A stretch of 64,000 nucleotides of DNA from Octopus sinensis. Lineage: Eukaryota. Where the stretch lies: positions 39,494,001 through 39,558,000 of the forward strand of contig NC_043015.1 in NCBI RefSeq assembly GCF_006345805.1. Direction: 5' to 3'. Positions 28,000 to 37,900 of the stretch are shown here, in pieces (position 1 is the stretch's first letter; every line of letters starts with the position of its first letter). Under the pieces are notes generated by a model. It worked only from the letters and a program-made list of their open reading frames with translations, was not told the DNA's origin and searched no databases. The translations under genes were made by a program, and so were the position numbers.

Positions 28000-30900
28000 A
28001 AAAAGCAAAGTAGCCTGTTATAAAATCTCAATGAGATGAGAGTAGTAACTATAGTAACAAGTAAAGTTAGTCACCGCATCAATATAGCTGTTTGATGTTA
28101 CTACTGTTTTAACCCCAGGCAGATCTTCTGCCAGTTGGTCATAGGTGCAGTCTGCACCCTGTATGTACTGGTCTCTTTGTTTTCTACATATTGCGAGATG
28201 GAGCAGACTCTTGCCATCTCTTTAGTCATCGGGTGTTTGCAACTGAAGATGGGTAGAAATAGCCCCAAAACTGAGTCAGTCTCATGATCCCATTATCTAC
28301 TGGAGGATGATAGGGGTTTGCTCCCCTACTTGTAATATATACACGGTGCAGGCTGTATCTATAACCAGCAGGCGGAAGATCTGCCTGGGTAAAAACAGTA
28401 GCAACATCAGACAGCTATATTGATGCGATTAACTTTAGTTATATATATAAAGAATAAAATATGACATCACTGACAGCTGTTTCGATTCACTACCTCTGAA
28501 GAGATTCATCTTATGATGATTTTAATTTTATAAATTAATTATCGAAAGATTCCTGAATTGAAACAGCTGTCAGAGACGTTGTCATATTTTATAATTAATA
28601 AATAATTTTATTAATTACCTCTCCATTTTCTCCTTATTCTTTAAATATATAAATATATGAACTACGGTTTATATGGTTACCTTATAGTTGAACTTTCTGT
28701 GGATTGGTAATTAACCAGTATTTTCATTAGATTTTATGATCCCTTAATGAGGTTTATTACATTTACTTGATTATATATAGAGCAAAGTGTGGCAGAATGT
28801 GAATTATTGGGGAGAGAACACAAATCACACTCTACAAATGACCATGATATCTGGGATTATAAAAATCTGCAAGACCTTCTTGAGGTCTAAAAGATGATAA
28901 ACAAAAAAAGCTTTCCTTCACAATCTTGGCCAGTGAAAATTTACTCTAAATTAGAAACAGAATGATAACATACATACACACACACACAGATACATACATA
29001 TGTACATGTGTACATATGTACATACATACATGCATGCATTGATATATATGCACATACATACACACATAGAAAGTGAGAGGTAGAAGGAGAGAGGGAGAAA
29101 GAGAAAGAGAGAGGAAGGAGAGAGAGAGAGAGAAAGAGCAGAGAAATGTGTTGTCTTACCAAAGCTGATATATTGAGTTGATAAATATTTCTGATGTCGT
29201 AATCCAATTTCTTCTTCAACAGAATGATTCCTTTCTGAGGGTCCCCCATCACAAAGGTGTCGTTATAGGAATTCATCTGGAGAATGAAACAGATCAGGAA
29301 AATCAGTGTGTTATTAAGTTATTGAATGTATGCGTGTATGCATGTGTGTGTACATGTGTGTGTGTATGTGTGTCTGTGCAGATCATCATCAACCTCATCG
29401 TCATCATCATCATCATTGTTTTGATGCCCACTTTTCCGTGCCTAGATGGCTCCCAAGGAGTTTGTTGAGGAAGCTTCTCTACAACCGGATGCTCTTCCGG
29501 TTGCCAACTCTCGTCTGTTTCCTTTTAAGGTAATATTTCCCCATCCATGGCCAGACATGTTTTTGCAGAAAACTGGAAATGAATGTCAGCGACACACATT
29601 TACAACTGTCTCATGATATTGAGACATGGGAACACAAACATACACGCATTCACACTCATGTGCATCTGCACATGCACACACACACACATACATATGTGTA
29701 CATATATATGTATATATAGGTATATATACATACATACACACACATGTAGACATACACACATGTGCACAAACACAAATATATATACATACATAAAAACAGC
29801 TGGCCCCTTTCAATTTTTGTCCTCCAAATCCAGTCACAAGGCTTTAATAACCCCAGAATTATTATTGAAAATACTTGCTCAAGGTATCCCACAGTGGGAC
29901 TGAACTTGGAATCATGTGGTTTGGAAGTAAACTTCTCAACTCCAAAGCCACACCTGCATTTATATATATATATATATATACATATACATACATACAAACA
30001 TATAGATGTGTGTGTGTGTCTAATACACACACACACATACAAGAATGGAAACAGTTTTCTGTCTTCATTAAGTTTTGCGATACTTAATGATGCTGTAATA
30101 TTTTTATTTCAAAAGGGTCAGCCTCGTCACACTTTGTGTCATGCTGAATCTCCCTGAGAACTACGTTAGGGGAACATATGTCTGTGGAGTGCTCAGCCAC
30201 CTGCACGTTAATTCCACAAGCAAGCTGTTCTGTTGATCGGATCAGCTGGGACCCTCATCGTCGTAACCAACGAAGTGCTCCTTCAATATTTCTATCCTTA
30301 TTTTGCCAGGTGGTGGCCAGACTTGGCTAGCCGCACCAATTGCTTCTGCGCAATTGCTTTTGTGCAACAATAAAAAGAATGAACAGCAGTAAGAATGGTA
30401 AACAGGGGAACAAGTAGAGATTTCTCATCCAACCCACTGTTGGTATCTTGTACCGGCAAAAGTTATATAAACACAGCAGGGCCAGAAATTAGGACAGCAA
30501 TTAGTTAATTAATTAATTAATGGTTCTACAGTCACAGCTGGGTGGATTGATTGGGTGTTGTTATACCAAAATTCTTGTAAAGCTTATATTCCTCAGAACG
30601 TCTTGGTCATGTCCTTGGTGAAGTTAATGAAATATTGCGTAGTTGTAAACGAAGTGAAGGAGAGAGATTACAGAATATTTTCTTAACGAGCAAGAAAACA
30701 ATTAATCCATGAACATCTGTATGGAAAAACAGATTCCAATTGACTTTATTATCCTGCAGAGAAGCTTAAAAAACTCAACAAACCAATGAACACCTCTGAA
30801 GGTAAAGTAAACAACCTGTCTCTAATTAAAATACAGAGGTAATAAGAATAATTAACGAACGCAACACTGCCATCGTTAAATTATCCATAACGTTTTCATA

Positions 30901-31512
30901 GAAGTTAAATAAACAGAATATGGGAGAGAACCAACCATCTGGTCACCTTTGACCTCTGATCTCTGACCTATGATCTCTGTAACCTCTGACAGCAGTCTGA
31001 TTCTAAAAGAATCAAATATTCTTACTGCAGTGAAGAATTATCAGCCGTGTGTATTGATAGTTTGTTAAATAAACTAATTCTTTGACCTTCCTTACATTCC
31101 TGTATGAATAACACACACACACACACACACACAACTCAATTAGATAAACTCCTTCTTATTTAACTAAACCAAATGTATTTATAATATAGATTTGTACCAT
31201 TAATTATTCATTAGTTAATTGTTAATAATGACCAAGAAACATAGTAAAGTTTGACCATTTTATGGCTGACCACTCCACTCCCCAATTTGGTTCACTTTTT
31301 ACCCTTCCTTTCCAACAAAATCATGGTCACAGAAACGTCATGTCTCTCACAATGCCATCCATCTTTTAATATCCCAGACATTTCATATAATTCTTCCTTG
31401 CCAAGTTCTTGACACCTTCTTTCTCTGCAGTCTTCACATCTTGGTCTGCAACCATGAAGAATTGTATTTCTTTTTTATAATTCCCACAAGACTTATTGCA
31501 GCAATAATGTCT

Positions 31513-31548
<36 letters not shown>

Positions 31549-34500
31549 GACTCACCTTAATGGTGTAAACTGTAGAATTATTCCAGCCACTTCTTGTATT
31601 GTTATCAAAAGATTCTGTGACAAAACTAGACAGATTTACGACAGAAGAATTGACCGATGTTGTCTAAAATTTAAGAAAACATAATTCTTTATCAGAAAAA
31701 CCACACACAAAAAAAGAAAATGATTTTGAAATGTTTTCAATAATATGAAAGCAAAACACATTCATAAAAATATAAATATACTCAAAGATACGTTCCTAAA
31801 CATGTATTCACCAATAAAAATGTATGTTAGATCTGCATCACTAGTCTCATACCACAGGTTTCATACAATCCGTATGCTATGTGTGTCAGATAAACTTCAG
31901 TAAATATTGTGACAGACACTGGAATGTCATGAAAACAATAAATATGAGACCTTGCCGTGATATTTACAATAGATTCAGGAGAAACATATTGGCCCAGCAG
32001 ACTGTGGATCTACAAGTTATGGCCTGACACACTGTGAACCTACATGTTATGGCCTTATAGACAATGGACTACAGTTTATAGCCCTCCAGACAGTGGATCT
32101 ACAGGTTAAGAACTCAGTGTCTACACTGTAGCCTTAACCCTTTAGTGTTTAAACTGGCCATATCCAGCCAAAAGTATTCTGCCTGTTTTATGTTCAAACT
32201 GGCCAGATCTGGTCTCTTACACCAACCCTACAATATCGTTTTAAAAATTAACAGCTACCTCATCAAAATCTCATAGCTACAAGATAAAGCATGATTAGTT
32301 CAAAACAATTTGGATAAAAAAGGATTAATTTTGGCAGAATAATGCAAACACTAAGGGTTAAAGACTATGATTTTGCAGTTTATGCATACACAGGTTATGT
32401 TTTAACAGGTTATGCTACTAAAGCTTAAACTCTACAAATTATGACTCTATAGGTTATGACCCCAAAAGTTATGACTGTAAAAGCTCTGAACCTATGTAAA
32501 AGTTATGAATCTACAAGCTACGACTGTAAGACCTTTTAGATTTGATGTAAGTTGTCACTTTATAGGTTACTACCTTCCAATTTAGGGATCTATAAGCTGT
32601 GATTCTAGAGATTATGACCTTGCAGACTTGGCTGTGAGATAGATTATGAAACTACAAAATCAGGTCCTACGGATTAAGGCTCTTGGGCTTTAATCATACA
32701 TGCCATGACTTCAGAGTTTATGACCCCACACATATCATGGTTCTTACATGTTATAATCCTAAAGAGCTGTGGTTTTCGGCTGAGGCGTTGCAATAACCTA
32801 GTATGTCATAGAAAGTACTTAGAGATATCATCAGGTTTTTATGATTAAGCAAAATATAGGACCAAAAAAAATCATTGATGAGAGTGTCATATATACTAAT
32901 CATAGGGAAAAGATATGTTTACAAGGGCCAGGGTGATTTGGGAGGGACAGAGTATGTCACTACTAGTTATTAATTAAGATTCATAAATATAGGGAAATTT
33001 GGGGGGATTTCGGAGAACAAATGGTATTTACCTCTGGTATATCTACTGACAAGCTTTTGACTGTGTATGAAGTGGCATCAACAACATCAGGAGAGGAAGC
33101 AGTTATGGTAAAGTCCTTTTTCACTTTTATCTGGTAAAAGGGAGAAGGAAAGGTTATACGTTGAAAGATTAGTCACCAATATACACATGCACAAATGTAT
33201 CATATACATACATAAAAAACATCATTACACGCACATATATAAGTGGGTGTGTATATACATGCATACATATATATATTCTTTTATTTTCTTATTTGTTTTA
33301 ATCATTTGACTGCAACCATGCACAAGGCTTTAGTCAGCCTGAGGCTATAGTAGAAGACACTTGTCCAAGGTGCCACGCAGTGGGACTGAACCCAGAACCA
33401 TGTGGTTGGTAAGCAAGCTACGTACCACATAGCCACTCCTGCACCTATATATATATAAATGAAGTATATATAGGAAAAATTGTAAGTGTTGACGATCTTT
33501 AATTCATAATCCGGGTTGGTATAGATCCAATATAAATTCTACAAATTGTCTCAGAGTCTAATTAATTCCAAAGACAAAAATGAAAAACTCTTCATGAAAT
33601 AAAAATAAGATTCTTTGTCAGGAATTACATATTGGTATACATATTTACGACCAACAAAAATGTAAGTATGCATATATATTTGTAATGAAAAAAAAACTGG
33701 AAATGGACTGAGAGTGTATAAGATTTATTTATATGTGTATTAATACACTTAACCGGTTTCGCATTTGTATAATTTTCAAAACGGTAAGATTTAAAGGATG
33801 TGGAGCTGTGTCAATGCACGTACATATATACATACACATACACACATAAAAACATACATACATGCACACGTGCACATAAACACACATACATCCATTGAGT
33901 GCATACACATACATATAGACATGTACACATGGGTGTATACACATAGATAAGTTTAAACAGAGATCCATTCATGTAATAACATCCATGTCTGTATACATAT
34001 GTACATGGGCAAAAATATTCATACATGTTTGCATACATATACTGTACATGTATCTACACATACACACCCATGTGTGATGATGATGGACAGTATTCCCTGG
34101 GAGGTTCTGAGTCTGAATGAAACCACAATATTTATGAAATAGGCAAAAAGAAAACAAAAAAGAGAAAGGGGACAAAAATGAGACTTACTTTGTTATTTGT
34201 AGTACAAGTGAGTCTTAGTTTAAATCTTTTGGTCGGCTGCAAAGAGGAAAATAAAAATAAGCCAAAAATATTACTGGTATGTCTATTCTCTAGACTTTGT
34301 AATATATCTCAAATGTTATTGGGTCCAGTAAATGACTAAAGGTTTATGACTATTGGAAAATGATTAACTTGAATAGTCCAGTCATCTCAGCTGATAAAAC
34401 ATGCTACGTGTCTATGATTAAGGTTTCTAAGGATTCATGATTCTAAGCAGGTTGCCATAAACAGGAAGAATACACAACAAGGGCTCTTGACATGAAGGAA

Positions 34501-34949
34501 CTTAGTCCACCTGTCTGTAAATATCTGTAGTATTTAGTGATAGTATGGCATGGCATGGTACTTTTTCAGCATTGCATGCAGTGGGAGCATCATAAAATTT
34601 ACGTGAGTTTGAGGATGACTGATCTTATGAACTTAGTCTGAAGTAATAATCTTCTTGTCAGATCAACCAATTCTAATTACTCCAGTTGAACCCTACCATG
34701 ACCACAACCAATTAACCTTTGACCAATATATAATCGTTAACAACCCTACTTACCTGAGAGTTCACCTGAATCCTGTGACGACAGAATAGTTTATTGTCCA
34801 ACACATAAAACTCATTCGGTCCTTCAAGGATTGAAACGTGGCTGTCACTTGGGAAAGTAAAAATCTTTGAATCTGTAAAATATTGAAACAGAATTTTTCA
34901 AAACTGTTCTGAGTGTTGAATAAAATGTTATTATTATTGTGTATATATA

Positions 34950-34991
<42 letters not shown>

Positions 34992-37900
34992 ATTTGTGTG
35001 CATATGCTTGTTTGAAAATTCTTGAATGCATATGTGTGTGAGCATATACATACATACATGTGTGTATGTGTGAATGGATATTTGTTTATTGTTTATTTGT
35101 ATATATTAAGTAATACGTGCAGCATATTTAGTATATTAATATTATTATTATATTTTTAAAGTTAATTATAACCTCTGGTGAGGCCAATGGTTCTTTTAAC
35201 ATATAAAATATTATGTTTTTTTTAAATGCCTACAATCCTAGTATGTTGACATCTGTAGGCAATGAAAATTAGATTCACTTTTGACCACAGGCTGAAACAG
35301 CTGTAAGAAGTAATTTCTGGATTTCAATAATTCATAATATGACTATTAAAATCTGTATTTGTATTATTATCTTATCTATTGATTTATATAATATTTTTAT
35401 ATGCTTTTGATGTTCTCATTTGTAAAATGAATAAATAATCTAACATTATAATATCCGTAAGTTGATGAACAAACTAAATTTGTTTCTCCATTTTCTTATT
35501 TGTATTATATATATATATATATATATATATGGAGGCGCAATGGCAGTGGACTCACGGTCATGGGATTGCAGTTTTGATTCCCAGACTGGGCGTTGTGAGT
35601 GTTTATTGAGTGGAAACACCTAAATCTGCATGAGACTCTGGCATGGGGTGGTGGCGAACCCTGCTGTACGCTTTCACCACAACTTTCTCTCACTCTTTCT
35701 TCCTGTTTCTGTTGTACCTGTATTTTCAAAGGGGCCACTCTTGTCACACTCTGTGTCACGTTGAATCTCCCCAAGAATTACAAGATGACCAAGTGTTCAC
35801 ACGTGCTATTTGGGATGGTTTCTACAGAAGGATGCACCGCCCCCTATCATCAGCCATATCATAAAGCGCATTTTGTTGTAGCCTCAGAGATTAAATAATC
35901 TTTAACAAGAGGGGACTAGATGTGCACACACCCACACACTTACACTTATAACTATACACACATACATACATATGTAGGTACATACATTCATACATACATA
36001 TAATTACACAAACGTTTGTGTATGTACTTATGTAGGGCTGTAAAGAGCTGTTATGCAATTTGTTATTTTTACTTTTCTTGTTATCTTAAAATATATTTCA
36101 AAGTTGGGTTTTTACAAGAGAAATGTATTTTGTTCTTAGCTAGAAACAGCCCCGCCCACAAAAAAAAAAAAAAAAGTGAGTTATTAAATATTTTTCAGCC
36201 TCTAAAATATATAAATGGTTTGCAGATATGAAAATGCTTAAAACACAATTATAATTAAGATTGCTTATAAAATTGTGATGTAATTAAAATTTCTGTGAAA
36301 TAGCTACATACCAGGTGCCAAGGTCTCTTTGATGTGAACAGAAGACTGGAATGTACAATCTAAAAATAAAAATTAAGCAAAATAAAACTAGTATTTAATG
36401 AAACATATAAATGTCCATCAATTTGACAGTAATTATACAGTAATAATGAATAATATAATAACATACATTTTTACCTGGTATGTCGTTAATAAATAACGAG
36501 AGAGCATTGAGACTATCCGAGAGAATGCAATCTATTGTTTTAAGGTATTCCTTGTATAATATACGTTTATTCTCCCTCCTCCACCCCACCCCCACCTTTA
36601 TTGGCTCTCTATTTGTGGTGGCCACTTCTGTTCAGGAAACTCTGGTTTTGGGAAGTATTGGGTTGTCCGGAAAGTTCTTGCCGATTTATAGTAGCTTACT
36701 TTTCAACTTAGTTTAGAACATGGTTGAGTCCATAAAATAGGATTTGACTACACCTCCATTTAGAGCACAATTTAAGCTATCTTTTCATGGAGGAAGGTTT
36801 ATGTTCCTATAACCTGTGTTAATTTTGTAACCTGGAAGATAAGAAAGTTCATTTTCGGCACTTGATGCTTTTCTTTTTCCGTAAAAGGTAAAATGCCTCA
36901 CAAGCAACCAAAGACCTGAATAAGACCTATTCTGCAGAGACCTGAATAGTCTTAATGGTAAAAATTTCAATTCTTTGGAATACATAAAAAGATAATTTGA
37001 TGAATTCTTTGCCATGAAACCCCCTCAATTCTGGGAAGAGGGTATTTTCAAGTTAAAGGAAAGATGGAGACGCATTGTGCAACAAAATGTTTCATATTTG
37101 GTTGATTAAAAATGTAATGGCAAGTATTTATTGACCTTTTTCTTTCCTTTAAAAATCGGCATGAACTTTCCAGACAACCCAATAATTAGACATTCTGGTG
37201 TCTCAGTTTGCAGACCAGCAGTGGTCAGTTGTCTTTGGTTTCATTTTCACACTGATTCATTTTTATTTAGTCTGGCCACATACTGACCACGTAATAGGTT
37301 TGCTTCATCCTTTTTCTTTCGTTTTGTCTGCAGGTTTTGGGGTACTTTCATGTATTATCATTAAGTTTTGAGTTCAAATTCAACTAGGACCAAGTTTACT
37401 TTTTATCCTTTAGAGGTCAATGTAATCTCTGTAAAGTTGCTGGCCTTGTGCTCAAATTTGAAGTCATTGTTATTGTTATTGTTGTATCAAGAAAACTCTC
37501 AGCTTTATTCTGCTAGGTATGATAGAAAGTGTCAGGTGCCCACAGCCAGCAGTTTAAAGTGACACTTCTTTACTTATCACGCTTCAAGAACACTGCAGTT
37601 CTATCTTTACATTCATTCTGCTTGAGTCCAGATCCCATCTTAATATCTGCAGTAAAACAGTGGACCTTGTCCACCAGGGATTATTCAAGCTGGCAGAAAC
37701 GTTAGCACACTGGACAAAATGCTTAGCTGTATTTCATCTGCTGCTACGTTGTGAGTTCAAATTCTGCCGAGGTCGACTTTGCATTTCATCCTTTTGTGGT
37801 CAAGAAATTAAGTACCAGTTATGCACTGGGGTTGATGTAATCGACTTGTCCCCTCCCTACAAATTTCAGGCCTTGTGCCTTTAGTAGAAACTATTATTAT

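Noticed and set aside
31096-31099. Possible 4-nt microexon (cag|GAAT|gtaag) in intron 6
   Set aside because: Exons 6 and 7 already join in frame; inclusion would frameshift.
33745-33765. GAAACCGGTT palindromic hammerhead 3' half on the minus strand
   Set aside because: No CTGANGA core found upstream; at most a fragment.
36395-36625. ORF with LFINDIP and a CAG|gtaaaa donor near exon 2
   Set aside because: Not needed for the reading frame, no cadherin motif, and too short to call as a reverse transcriptase remnant.
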